From Gemmatimonadota bacterium (GTDB lineage Bacteria; Gemmatimonadota; Gemmatimonadetes; Gemmatimonadales; GWC2-71-9), in contig JBDTOH010000002.1 of NCBI GenBank assembly GCA_039933355.1, positions 1 to 37,183 of the forward strand: 37,183 nucleotides of DNA. The letters run 5' to 3'. A model generated the notes under the pieces. That model had not been told where the DNA came from and ran no database searches. It worked only from the letters and a program-made list of their open reading frames with translations. Made by a program: the position numbers and the translations under genes. This document shows, piece after piece, positions 1 to 9,073 of the stretch; position 1 is the stretch's first letter; every line of letters starts with the position of its first letter.

Positions 1-1224
1 GGCAGGAAGCCCGACGCCGTCCTCCACGCGCCCGGCCGGATCGAAGTGCTCGGCAAGCACACCGATTACGGCGGGGGCCGGAGCCTGCTCTGTGCGACGG
101 AGCAGGGCATTGCGTTCGCCGCCGCAGCGCGGAGCGATCGGGTGATTCGAATCACGGACGCCGCCTCCGGAGAATCGGCCACGTTTCCCGCCTCCGCGGA
201 GGTCGAGCCGGCGAGCGGGCATTGGAGCAACTATCCGATGACGGTCGCCCGGCGGCTCGCCCGGGACTTTCCGGCGACTCGTCTCGGAGCGGATGTCGCC
301 TTCGTCAGTGACCTTCCGCCCGCGGCGGGCGTGAGCAGCTCGGGCGCTCTGGTCGTCGGGTTTTTCACCGCGCTCGCCGCCACGAATCATCTCGAGCAAG
401 ACCCGGCCTATGAGCGCTACCTCAACACCGCCGAGCGGCGGGCCGGCTATTTGGGGGCAGTGGAGAATGGTCGTGCGTTCGGACCGTTCCGCGCCGATCG
501 CGGCGTGGGGACCGAAGGCGGAAGCCAGGATCAGACCGCGATTCTCTGCTCCCGGCCCGGGAAGTTGGTCCAGTACGGCTGGCTTCCGGTCAAGTTCGAG
601 CAGTCGATCGACTTCCCCGAGGAGCTGATCTTCGCGATCGGCGTGAGCGGCGTGCATGCGGAGAAGACCGGTCCGGCGCTCGAGCAGTACAACGCGCTGT
701 CGCGGATCACCGCGCGACTCCTCACGATCTGGCGAGAGGCCACCGGCGTCGACGATCGGAGCTTGGGGGCCGCCCTCGCGTCGACCCCCGACGCCACCGA
801 TCGGCTCGCTGCCCTCGTGCGCGCTCAGGGAAGTCCCGACCGGCTTCTTGCCCGACTCCAACAATTCCATCGGGAGGCGAGTGAGATCATTCCGGGGGCG
901 GTGGACGCGCTCGTCCGGAGGGATTATGCCGCGTTAGGAAAGTGGGTGACCGAGTCGATGGCCGAGGCCGAGGCGGGACTCGAAAACCAGGTGGACGAGA
1001 CCCGTCTCCTGGTTCGGAGCGCGCTCGACCTTGGCGCCGTAGCGGGATCGGCGTTTGGCGCCGGGTTCGGGGGGAGCGTGTGGGCCCTGGTCCGCCGCGA
1101 CGACGTCGCCGCGTTTCTCGAGCAGTGGGAGCGGCGCTACAGCACCGCGTTTCCGACCCGGGGTGGGTCCAGCCGGTTTGTGGCGACGGCGCCGAGCCCG
1201 CCGCTAATCGAGCTCACGCCGTGA
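1..1224 (+). CDS. GHMP-family sugar kinase, galactokinase-like (5' end outside window)
   Basis: The frame of ORF 46..1224 stays open back to base 1 (GRKPDAVLHAPGRIEVLGKHTDYGGG). The galactokinase-type N-terminal signature G-R-x-x-x-x-G-x-H-T-D-Y therefore lies upstream of the listed Met. GHMP ATP-binding motif PPAAGVSSSGALVVG is present. Third-codon positions are strongly G/C. Confidence 0.8.
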   Translation, partial: GRKPDAVLHAPGRIEVLGKHTDYGGGRSLLCATEQGIAFAAAARSDRVIRITDAASGESATFPASAEVEPASGHWSNYPMTVARRLARDFPATRLGADVAFVSDLPPAAGVSSSGALVVGFFTALAATNHLEQDPAYERYLNTAERRAGYLGAVENGRAFGPFRADRGVGTEGGSQDQTAILCSRPGKLVQYGWLPVKFEQSIDFPEELIFAIGVSGVHAEKTGPALEQYNALSRITARLLTIWREATGVDDRSLGAALASTPDATDRLAALVRAQGSPDRLLARLQQFHREASEIIPGAVDALVRRDYAALGKWVTESMAEAEAGLENQVDETRLLVRSALDLGAVAGSAFGAGFGGSVWALVRRDDVAAFLEQWERRYSTAFPTRGGSSRFVATAPSPPLIELTP

Positions 1225-1297
1225 GATCGCCGTGGTGATCGATAGAAACCAACGGCTGCCGGGTTGCGTCCGAATGCCGAGTTTTCACGAGGTTTTC

Positions 1298-2443
1298 ATG
1301 TTCCGATTCTCAGCCGTCATCCTCGGCATTGGTCTGCTTGCCTCAGAGTCGCGTGCCCAAGCACCGACCACCGCGCTCCGCGATACCCTCAACGCCCGCA
1401 GCACGGCCTTCTTGAAGTCGAGCGGTACCCCCGGCCTCGCGGTCGGCGTCTGGAAGGACGGCAAGGTCGTCTACGCGCGCGGGTTCGGCGTCCTCGCGCT
1501 CGGCGGCGGCCGGCCGGTCACGCCGCAGACGGTGTTTCACATGGCGTCGATCAGCAAGACCTTCGTGGCGATGGGCGTCCTGCAGCTCATGGAGCAGGGG
1601 AAGGTCAAACTCGACGATCCGGTCACGAAATACGTCCCGTACTTTCAGCTCAAGGATCCGCGCTACAAGATCATCACGGTCCGACAGGTGCTGAGCCACA
1701 CGGCCGGGATGCCCGACGTCACCGATTACCTCTGGTACAAGCCCGAATACGACGACAAAGCGCTCGAGCGGTACATCCGCGGGCTCAAGGATTCGACGCT
1801 GATCGCCGCGCCGGGCGAGAAGTGGCAGTACAGCAACATCGGGTTCGAGCTGCTTGCGGACCTGATCGCGACGGTGTCGGGCGAGCCGTTCGAGATCTAC
1901 GTCCAGCGCCATATCCTAACGCCGGCCGGTATGCGCCACTCGACGTTCTTGATGACCGACGTCGACTCGGCCAACCTCGCGACCGGCCACCTCCAGGGCA
2001 ACAAGGGCCAGGAACAGTCGGCCTACTATCCGTACAATCGTCGCCATGCCGGCAGCTCGACGCTGCACTCGAACGTGGACGACATGCTCCGGTGGGGCGC
2101 CATCAATATCGGCCGCGGGACGCTCGACGGAAAGAAGATCCTCGAGCCCGCAACGTACGACCTGGCCTGGAAGCCGCAGATCGATCTGACGGCCCTGTAC
2201 CTCGGATTCATGAAGCAGATGAAGATGGATCTGCCGATTCGCAAGGTCGAGATGGGGCTGGGCTGGCTCTTGATGGATTACAACGGGCATCGGGTGGTCA
2301 ACCACGACGGCTCCGATCGAGGATTCCGCTCGACGCTGTTTATCTCGCCGGACCGGCATACCGCCCTGGTCGTGTTCGCGAACAGCTCCGACGCAAACGT
2401 GGAGGCGTTCTCGTTTCCGCTCCTCGACGTCGTGCTCCGCTAA
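1298..2443 (+). CDS. Beta-lactamase-fold serine hydrolase (class C beta-lactamase / DD-peptidase-like), probably secreted
   Basis: ORF 1232..2443. The preferred start is ATG 1298 (GAGG 5 nt upstream), giving a signal-like N-terminus MFRFSAVILGIGLLASESRAQA. It carries the S-x-x-K motif in HMASISKTF and a Y-x-N motif in WQYSNIGF. Confidence 0.8.
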   Translation: MFRFSAVILGIGLLASESRAQAPTTALRDTLNARSTAFLKSSGTPGLAVGVWKDGKVVYARGFGVLALGGGRPVTPQTVFHMASISKTFVAMGVLQLMEQGKVKLDDPVTKYVPYFQLKDPRYKIITVRQVLSHTAGMPDVTDYLWYKPEYDDKALERYIRGLKDSTLIAAPGEKWQYSNIGFELLADLIATVSGEPFEIYVQRHILTPAGMRHSTFLMTDVDSANLATGHLQGNKGQEQSAYYPYNRRHAGSSTLHSNVDDMLRWGAINIGRGTLDGKKILEPATYDLAWKPQIDLTALYLGFMKQMKMDLPIRKVEMGLGWLLMDYNGHRVVNHDGSDRGFRSTLFISPDRHTALVVFANSSDANVEAFSFPLLDVVLR

Positions 2444-2444
2444 C

Positions 2445-3128
2445 TCAACCCGCGGCTTTCACGCCGCCATAGACCGTCGCGGGCCCATACTTCCAGACGC
2501 ACTCCGGACGGGGGAATCCGCCCGCCCGGAGCGCTTCGAACTCCTCTTCGAGCGAGAAGTATCGATCCTCGCCGGCCCACTCGGCGAAGTGCCGGTATGG
2601 GTTTTCAACGCCGGACGCCTCGAGGTGCTGAGCCCAGAAGGCGTACGTCGTCCGGTTGGTGAGAGGCTCGTCCGAGATCGTGACGTCGGCCGTGAGGAAG
2701 ACCCCGCCGGGCAGAAGGGCCGAATGGATTGCTCGATATAGCTCGCTCTTCCGGCTCAGCTCCCTGACGTGATGCAATGCCAGCGAGGCGACCACGGCGT
2801 CGGCGGGCGGCAGCGGATCGAAAAACGAGCCTTCCTTGAGCGTCACCCTGGACCCGAACTCCGCCAGCCGATCCGTCGCGACGCCGAGCATCGCAGGATC
2901 GAGGTCGATCAGGGTGACGTGTGCGGCCGGAAGCTCCGTCAGAATCCGCGCGGTGAGCGCGCCGGTCCCGCCGCCGAGATCGAACACGGCCCGAGTGTTA
3001 GGTCGGACCGCTTTGACCCAGCGCGCGACCGCATCGAGGATCGAGTCGTACCCGGGGATGAACTTCCGGACCGAACGATCGTAGTCCCGGACGTCGAGCG
3101 CGAGATGCTGAGAGACGGAGTGAGTCAT
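2445..3128 (-). CDS. Class I SAM-dependent methyltransferase
   Basis: ORF 2445..3197. The preferred start is ATG 3128 (MTHSVSQ, GAGG about 8 nt upstream). SAM-binding motif I is VFDLGGGTGALT, followed by the acidic loop TLIDLD. Confidence 0.75.
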   Translation of the reverse strand: MTHSVSQHLALDVRDYDRSVRKFIPGYDSILDAVARWVKAVRPNTRAVFDLGGGTGALTARILTELPAAHVTLIDLDPAMLGVATDRLAEFGSRVTLKEGSFFDPLPPADAVVASLALHHVRELSRKSELYRAIHSALLPGGVFLTADVTISDEPLTNRTTYAFWAQHLEASGVENPYRHFAEWAGEDRYFSLEEEFEALRAGGFPRPECVWKYGPATVYGGVKAAG

Positions 3129-3220
3129 CGTTCGGGCCTCGTGCTCGCGGAATTGAATGCGGTGGTGCAGATTGATGCCAAACCGGTGCTGACGCAAGGC
3201 ACCCGTCGGAGAAAGAAGCC

Positions 3221-4558
3221 ATGAGTCAAGACATGAGTCCCGTCATCCAGCTCCGGACCGAGATTCCCGGGCCCAAGAGCCGTGCCCTTACCGCCCGCCG
3301 GGCCGCCGCCGTGCCGAAGGGCGTGGCGATGTCGGCGCCGATCGCGCTGGCCCACGCGGAGAACGCGATCCTCACCGACGTGGACGGCAATCGGCTGATC
3401 GATTTCGCGGGCGGGATCGGCGTGCTCAACGCCGGCCATCGCAACCCGGCGCTGGTCGAAGCGGTGAAAGCGCAGCTCGACGAGTACACTCATGCCTGCT
3501 TCGCGGTCGCGAGCTACGAGCCCTATATCGCGCTGGCGGAGCGGCTCAATGCCATGACCCCCGGACGTCACGCCAAGCGAACGCTCCTCGTGAACACCGG
3601 CGCCGAGGCGATCGAGAACGGGGTGAAGATCGCGCGGTACGCAACCGGGCGGCCGGCCATCGTGGCGTTCGAGCACGCGTTCCACGGTCGCACCAATCTC
3701 GGCATGGCGCTCACGGCGAAGGTGATGCCCTACAAGAAAGGCTTCGGGCCGTTCGCGCCGGAGATCTACCGGATTCCATTTCCCTACTGCTACAGGTGCG
3801 AGCGCTCGGGTGGCGGCACCTGCTGCATGGCGAGCGAGGGCGCGCTGGCCCAGCTGTTCGCGGGCTTGGTCGATCCCGCGAGCGTCGCGGCGATCGTGAT
3901 GGAGCTCGAGCTTGGCGAAGGGGGCTTCGTGCCCGCACCGCGCGAAGCCGTCGCCGCGATCGCGGCGTTCGCGAAGGCCAACGGGATTCTCCTGCTGATC
4001 GACGAGATCCAGACCGGCTTCGGTCGCACGGGGAAGATGTTCGCCTGCGACCACTACGACCTGGCTCCCGATCTCATCGCGACCGCCAAGTCCCTCGCGG
4101 GCGGCCTCCCGCTCGCCGCCGTCACGGGCCGCGCCGAGCTGATGGACTCGGTCCACGTGGGCGGGTTAGGAGGGACCTACGGCGGGAACCCGCTGGCCTG
4201 CGCCGGCGCCCTCGCGATTCTCGACACGATGGAGCGCGATCAGCTGGCGGAGCGGGGGGCTGTGGTGGGGGCAACGGTCAGGGAGCGGTTCGAGGCGCTC
4301 GCGCGCACGCACGCGTTCATCGGCGATGTTCGCGGCCTCGGGGCCATGGTGGCCATGGAGCTGGTCACCGACCGGGCCTCCAAGACGCCGGACCCGGCAC
4401 GGACCAAGCGAATCCTCGCTCGCGCGCTCGAACACGGGCTGTTGCTCCTCTCAGCGGGTACCTTCGGCAACGTGATCCGGGTCTTGGTCCCGCTCACGAT
4501 CGACGATACGACGTTGAGCGAGGGGCTCGACGTTCTCGAGGCGGCGCTTGGGGCGTGA
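3221..4558 (+). CDS. gabT: 4-aminobutyrate / omega-amino acid aminotransferase (class III PLP enzyme)
   Basis: 445 aa. GabT-like N-terminus (EIPGPKS). Motifs LLIDEIQTGFGRTG and TAKSLAGGLPLAAV (PLP-lysine context) are present. Length and motif order match GabT-family enzymes. Confidence 0.8.
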   Translation: MSQDMSPVIQLRTEIPGPKSRALTARRAAAVPKGVAMSAPIALAHAENAILTDVDGNRLIDFAGGIGVLNAGHRNPALVEAVKAQLDEYTHACFAVASYEPYIALAERLNAMTPGRHAKRTLLVNTGAEAIENGVKIARYATGRPAIVAFEHAFHGRTNLGMALTAKVMPYKKGFGPFAPEIYRIPFPYCYRCERSGGGTCCMASEGALAQLFAGLVDPASVAAIVMELELGEGGFVPAPREAVAAIAAFAKANGILLLIDEIQTGFGRTGKMFACDHYDLAPDLIATAKSLAGGLPLAAVTGRAELMDSVHVGGLGGTYGGNPLACAGALAILDTMERDQLAERGAVVGATVRERFEALARTHAFIGDVRGLGAMVAMELVTDRASKTPDPARTKRILARALEHGLLLLSAGTFGNVIRVLVPLTIDDTTLSEGLDVLEAALGA

Positions 4559-4625
4559 TGTCGTCCCAAAGGGGGGACCGGGCCTCGTCCGCGTGGCCCG
4601 GCCTCGGCCGGGCTGAATCTCTCGG

Positions 4626-4724
4626 TCGCTGTCGCTCGCTCGGGATGACAGCTCTCTCTGCAAAATTGTTCGTGCGCTGGCGCCCGCTTTCTGTAATGCT
4701 GTCATCCCGAACGCAGCGAAGGAT
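4626..4724. repeat. Large imperfect palindromic (REP/MITE-like) element between gabT and potA
   Basis: Perfect 12-bp inverted repeat CGGGATGACAGC (4641-4652) / GCTGTCATCCCG (4698-4709), separated by 45 nt. The arms extend about 10 more nt with one mismatch and one indel. The right arm reads GTCATCCCGAACGCAGCGAAGGATC. Confidence 0.55.
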
Positions 4725-4772
4725 CTACTCCCCGCAGATCGGGCTCGACCTCCGGGCTCTCGCGGTCTCCGG

Positions 4773-5879
4773 ATGACGGAGATTCCGGCCGTCGAGCTCG
4801 ACCGCGTCACCAAGAGCTTCGGAACCACCAAGGCGGTCGATCAGCTCTCGTTCCAAATCCACCGCGGCGAATTCTTCTCGATCCTCGGTCCGTCCGGCTG
4901 CGGAAAGACCACGACGCTCCGGCTTCTGGCCGGCCTCGACGAGGCCGACAGCGGAACGATCCGGTTGAGCGGCGAGGTCGTCAACCGGAAGCGGCCCTAC
5001 GAGCGCGGCCTCGGCATGGTGTTTCAGAGCTACGCGCTTTTTCCTCACCTCACCGTGCATCGCAACATTGCGTTCGGCCTCGAGCAGCATCGGGTCGCTC
5101 CTGCCGACATTCCGACCCGGGTCGCGAAGGCGCTCGAGCTCGTCAGGCTCGATCCGGCCCAGTTCGCCGCTCGGATGCCGTCGCAGCTCTCCGGCGGGCA
5201 GCGGCAGCGGGTCGCGCTCGCGCGGGCGCTCGTGCTCGAGCCGGCCCTGCTTCTCCTCGATGAGCCGCTCGGCGCCATCGACCTCAAGCTCCGGAAAGCC
5301 ATGCAGCTCGAGCTCAAGGCTCTGAACCGATCGTTAGGCATAACCTTCGTGTACGTGACCCACGACCAGGAAGAAGCCCTCACCATGTCCGATCGGATCG
5401 CGGTGATGGATCAGGCCCGCCTCGCACAGCTGGGCACGCCGGCCCAGATCTACGAGAATCCTCGGACCGCGTTCGTGGCGTCATTCATCGGCGAGTCCAA
5501 CTTTCTCGGCGGAACGGCCGTCCGCGCCGTGCCGGGCGGTTGGGAGATCGAGGGCGCGCACGGGGCCGCGTTCCGGGTTGCGAACGCGGAGTCGATTCGC
5601 GCGGGCGAGCGGGTCGAGATCGCGATCCGGCCGGAATGGATGGACGTCTTCTCCCCCGACACAGTTCCGCCGGGGGAGAATCAACTGACCGGGATCGTGC
5701 AGGACGTCGTCTACCTGGGCGAGATGATGCATGTCGTGGTGGACGTGGAGCGGGTCGGTGAGATCAAGGTCGCGCTTCGGAACGAAGGCCAGCTCACCCG
5801 CCCGATTCCATGGCGTCGCGGAGACCGTGCCGTCGCCGCCTGGCTTCCCGAGGACTGTCAGGTGCTGGAGCCGGCATGA
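4773..5879 (+). CDS. potA: Spermidine/putrescine ABC transporter ATP-binding protein
   Basis: Walker A GPSGCGKTT, ABC signature LSGGQRQRVALARAL and Walker B LLLLDEP, plus a C-terminal TOBE-like regulatory domain. It is the first gene of a four-gene coupled operon. Confidence 0.85.
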   Translation: MTEIPAVELDRVTKSFGTTKAVDQLSFQIHRGEFFSILGPSGCGKTTTLRLLAGLDEADSGTIRLSGEVVNRKRPYERGLGMVFQSYALFPHLTVHRNIAFGLEQHRVAPADIPTRVAKALELVRLDPAQFAARMPSQLSGGQRQRVALARALVLEPALLLLDEPLGAIDLKLRKAMQLELKALNRSLGITFVYVTHDQEEALTMSDRIAVMDQARLAQLGTPAQIYENPRTAFVASFIGESNFLGGTAVRAVPGGWEIEGAHGAAFRVANAESIRAGERVEIAIRPEWMDVFSPDTVPPGENQLTGIVQDVVYLGEMMHVVVDVERVGEIKVALRNEGQLTRPIPWRRGDRAVAAWLPEDCQVLEPA

Positions 5880-6760
5880 GATCTCCCCGGCAGTGGCTCC
5901 TCGAGCGGGTCCACCAGCGGCCCTCCCTGCGCGGCTGGGCCCTGCTCGGCCCGGGCCTCGGCTGGCTCGGCATCTTCTTCGTGGTCCCGATGATCCTGAT
6001 GCTCGCGTACAGCTTCATGCATCGGGGGCGTTATGGCGGCGTCGAGGCCGGGTTTACGCTCGAGCACTACCGTCGCTTTTTCGATCCGCTCTATCTCCAG
6101 GTTCTCGAGCGCACCGTGCTCTGGTCGCTCGGCTGCACCGTGCTCTGCCTGCTCGCCGGATATCCGGTTGCCTGGGTCATCGCCCGGAGCACCCAGTGGC
6201 GGACCGTTCTGCTCTTCCTCGTGGTGCTGCCGTTCTGGACCAGTTTCCTGGTCCGCACTTTTGCGATGATCTTTCTTCTCAGGGACAGCGGATTCATCAA
6301 CAGCGTGTTGCAGAGCCTCGGCGTGATCGACCAGCCGCTCACGCTTCTCTATACCCCGTTTGCGGTGATGCTCGGGTTGGTCTATGGGTTTCTCCCGCTG
6401 ATGATCCTGCCGATCTACGCCTCGCTCGAGAAGCTCGACGGAGCGTTGCTGGAGGCCGCAGAAGTTCTCGGTGCGCGGCCGATGGCGCGGTTCTTCAAGG
6501 TCATCCTGCCGCTCTCGATGCCGGGGGTCGTGGCCGGCTCGATGCTGACGTTCATCCCGGCGTTAGGTTCGTTTCTGACCTCCGATCTACTCGGCGGCGC
6601 CAAAGAGATCATGATCGGCAACCTGATCCAGAATCAGTTTACCACCGCGCGCAACTGGCCGTTCGGCTCGGCGGCGTCGTTCGTTGTGATGGGCCTCGTG
6701 CTGGTCGCGGTGCTGGCGTACCTGAGGCGGCGCGACGTTGCGCCAACGGGCGTGGTATGA
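5876..6760 (+). CDS. potB: Spermidine/putrescine ABC transporter permease
   Basis: ATG 5876 overlaps the potA stop (ATGA), so the listed ORF 5810..6760 is trimmed to this start. It is a multi-TM permease with an EAA-type loop (LLEAAEVLGARPMARFFKVILP). Confidence 0.8.
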   Translation: MRSPRQWLLERVHQRPSLRGWALLGPGLGWLGIFFVVPMILMLAYSFMHRGRYGGVEAGFTLEHYRRFFDPLYLQVLERTVLWSLGCTVLCLLAGYPVAWVIARSTQWRTVLLFLVVLPFWTSFLVRTFAMIFLLRDSGFINSVLQSLGVIDQPLTLLYTPFAVMLGLVYGFLPLMILPIYASLEKLDGALLEAAEVLGARPMARFFKVILPLSMPGVVAGSMLTFIPALGSFLTSDLLGGAKEIMIGNLIQNQFTTARNWPFGSAASFVVMGLVLVAVLAYLRRRDVAPTGVV

Positions 6761-7551
6761 CCCATCCGCGGCGGGCTGGATCGCGGTGGGTCGCGTGGGC
6801 GGCGGCGGCCGTCTACCTGTTTCTTCACGCACCCCTCGTCGTCCTGGTCGTATTCTCCTTCAACCGGTCAAAGTTTTCGGTCAGCTGGACCGGCTTCACG
6901 CTCGAGTGGTACAGACGTCTGTTCGAGCGGGGCGACATCCTGCGGGGTTTGGGTCTGAGCCTCGTTGTCGGCCTGGTCTCGACGGTGGTCGCGGCGGTGC
7001 TCGGAACCTTGCTCGCCCTGGGACTGGGCCGGCACCGGTTTCGCGGGCGCCAGGCGGTCGAGAGCCTTCTCTACCTGCCGCTCGTGACGCCGGAGATCAT
7101 CGTCGGCATTTCGTTGCTCATTCTGTTTGTGCTGGTCGGGATTCCGCTCGGGCTCACGACCATCACCATCGCGCACATCACCTTCAACGTGTCGTTTGTC
7201 GCCGTTGTCGTCCGGGCCAGGCTCGCCGGGATGGACCGCCATCTCGAAGAGGCGGCGCTCACGCTCGGCGCCGACGAGCTGACCGCCTTCCGTCGGGTCA
7301 CGGTACCCCTCTTGTGGCCGGGCATCGTGGCCGGCGCCTTGCTCGCGTTCACGATGTCGTTCGACGACTTCGTGATCACGTCGTTCGTTTCGGGGAGCGG
7401 CTCGTCTACACTTCCCATAGTGGTGTACGGCATGGTTCGGCGCAGCGTCGAGCCGAGCATCAACGCGATCAGTACGATCATCCTCCTCGCGACCGCTGCC
7501 TTGATCTATGGCGCCGATCGGTTGAGGCGAAGCGAAAGGGCTGGAACGTGA
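6757..7551 (+). CDS. potC: Spermidine/putrescine ABC transporter permease
   Basis: ATG 6757 overlaps the potB stop (ATGA). This is the C-terminal 264 codons of listed ORF 5731..7551. EAA loop LEEAALTLGADELTAFRRVTVP is present and the protein is hydrophobic throughout. Confidence 0.8.
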   Translation: MTHPRRAGSRWVAWAAAAVYLFLHAPLVVLVVFSFNRSKFSVSWTGFTLEWYRRLFERGDILRGLGLSLVVGLVSTVVAAVLGTLLALGLGRHRFRGRQAVESLLYLPLVTPEIIVGISLLILFVLVGIPLGLTTITIAHITFNVSFVAVVVRARLAGMDRHLEEAALTLGADELTAFRRVTVPLLWPGIVAGALLAFTMSFDDFVITSFVSGSGSSTLPIVVYGMVRRSVEPSINAISTIILLATAALIYGADRLRRSERAGT

Positions 7552-8642
7552 ACGATTCGGTGACGCGCCGCGCCTTTGCGGAACAAGCGCTCCGTGCTGG
7601 TGTGAGCCTGGGCCTGGTCGACTGGTTGCTGAGTGGTTGCCGGCCCAAAGACGCTCCGAATCCCCCCGCCGGCGAAGGCGGCGGGATGCCGCTCGAGCAA
7701 GAGCTGAGCCTGTACATCTGGTCGGACTATCTCGCCGACACGACGGTACCGGACTTCGAGAAGGAGTTCGGCGTCAAGGTGACAGTCGACAACTACGAGA
7801 GCAACGAGGAGATGGTGGCCAAGCTCCAGGCCGGCGCCTCCGGCTACGATCTGGTCGTGCCGTCGAGCTACGTGCTGACCGTGCTCAGGGCCGCCGGATT
7901 GCTCGCGCCGGTCGACCGGACGCTCTTACCTAACGCCAAGAATATCGCGCCCCTGTTCCGGAACCCGCGGTGGGACCCGGGAGATCAGGTCTCGATCCCG
8001 TGGCAGTGGGGGTTCACCGGCATCGCGTACCGCAAGGACCATATTCAGGTCCCTCCGGATAGCTGGGCGATCTTCCTCGACCCCAAGTATCGCGGCAAGA
8101 TGACCATGCTGGACGACGGCCGCGACGTGTTAGGCTCGTTCCTCAAGTCCCACGGCCACTCGCTCAATTCTGTCGCGCCGGCCGAGCTCGCGGAAGCCAA
8201 GACCGACGCAATCAGCGCCAAGAAGAACCTGAAGGCGTTCCTGTCCGCGCCGGTCAAAGGTCAGCTGGTGGCCGGGGATGTCTGGGTGGCGCAGCTGTGG
8301 AACGGAGACACGGCGCAGGCTCGGGCCGAGTCGGATCAGATCGGGTTCGCCCCGGCGAAGGAGGGGGCGACGATCTGGCTCGATGCGCTCGTCATTCCGA
8401 AAGCGGCCAAGCACAAGCGCGCGGCGCACGCTTTCATGAACTACATCCTGCGGCCGGAAGTCGGTGCGGCGATCTCCGACAAGACGGGCTATGGCACCCC
8501 GAACGCAGCCGCGATCCCGCTTACCAAGGCAAAGCTCCCCTACCCGTCGTCCGCCGAGCTGGCGAAGCTCGAATACCAGATTGATCTCGGGCCGGCCGGC
8601 GAGATGTGGGACCGAGTCTGGACCGAGGTAAAGTCCGCGTAG
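7548..8642 (+). CDS. potD: Periplasmic polyamine-binding protein (PotD/PotF family), probable lipoprotein
   Basis: GTG 7548 overlaps the potC stop (GTGA). This is the C-terminal part of listed ORF 6738..8642. The N-terminus has a TRRAF twin-arginine-like motif and a LLSGC lipobox. Body length and composition fit the PotD/PotF solute-binding family, and its position after potABC supports the call. Confidence 0.75.
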   Translation: MNDSVTRRAFAEQALRAGVSLGLVDWLLSGCRPKDAPNPPAGEGGGMPLEQELSLYIWSDYLADTTVPDFEKEFGVKVTVDNYESNEEMVAKLQAGASGYDLVVPSSYVLTVLRAAGLLAPVDRTLLPNAKNIAPLFRNPRWDPGDQVSIPWQWGFTGIAYRKDHIQVPPDSWAIFLDPKYRGKMTMLDDGRDVLGSFLKSHGHSLNSVAPAELAEAKTDAISAKKNLKAFLSAPVKGQLVAGDVWVAQLWNGDTAQARAESDQIGFAPAKEGATIWLDALVIPKAAKHKRAAHAFMNYILRPEVGAAISDKTGYGTPNAAAIPLTKAKLPYPSSAELAKLEYQIDLGPAGEMWDRVWTEVKSA

Positions 8643-8670
8643 TCCGCCGCTGGAGGTTTGGGCGCCGCCT

Positions 8671-8987
8671 GCCTACCGCGATGCCGAGACGTGCTATGAG
8701 CGGCTCGTCGCCGACCAGGACAAGAAAAAGGAAGAGCTGCGGAAGCAAGCCAAAAAGGACCAGCGAAACTATGACGAGCTCAACTACCGCGACGATCAGT
8801 TCGATCGGATGCGGCGTCGGCGCTCGCGATCTCGCTCGTGGCGCTGACTGCGCTGACCCACAAGAAACGGCTGTACTGGCTGGCCCTGCTGCCGGTCGCT
8901 CTCGGCGTCGTGATGGGTCTGGCCGGTCTCTTCGGCTGGCACATGCACTCGGACACACTGGCGGCTGCTCTCCTGACATCCAGCTAA
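8671..8987 (+). pseudogene. Truncated and frameshifted DUF4337-like gene remnant
   Basis: One frame reads AYRDAETCYERLVADQDKKKEELRKQAKKDQRNYDELNYRDDQFD with no usable start codon. After a 1-nt frame change near 8811-8817, the other frame continues AASALAISLVALTALTHKKRLYWLALLPVALGVVMGLAGLFGWHMH and stops at 8985-8987. Joined, they resemble the coiled-coil plus C-terminal TM hairpin of DUF4337 proteins. The N-terminal half is absent because potD ends at 8642. Confidence 0.35.
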
Positions 8988-9021
8988 CTCGATCGGAGCG
9001 CTAAAGGCTGGCAGCGACAAA

Positions 9022-9057
9022 GACGAGGCGGTGGAGCATGAGCCCCACCGCCTCGTC
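9022..9057. terminator. Hairpin terminator between convergent genes
   Basis: Perfect 13-bp stem GACGAGGCGGTGG (9022-9034) / CCACCGCCTCGTC (9045-9057) with a 10-nt loop. On the minus strand it lies 17 nt after the stop of the 9074..9721 gene and is followed by TTTGTCGC. Confidence 0.6.
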
Positions 9058-9073
9058 ATCCGCAGTCTGCTTC

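Noticed and set aside
5731-7547. Long N-terminal extensions of the listed ORFs 5731..7551 and 6738..8642
   Set aside because: Only the C-terminal parts (from 6757 and 7548) have membrane-permease or binding-protein character and coupled start codons. The upstream parts overlap potA/potB/potC in other frames.
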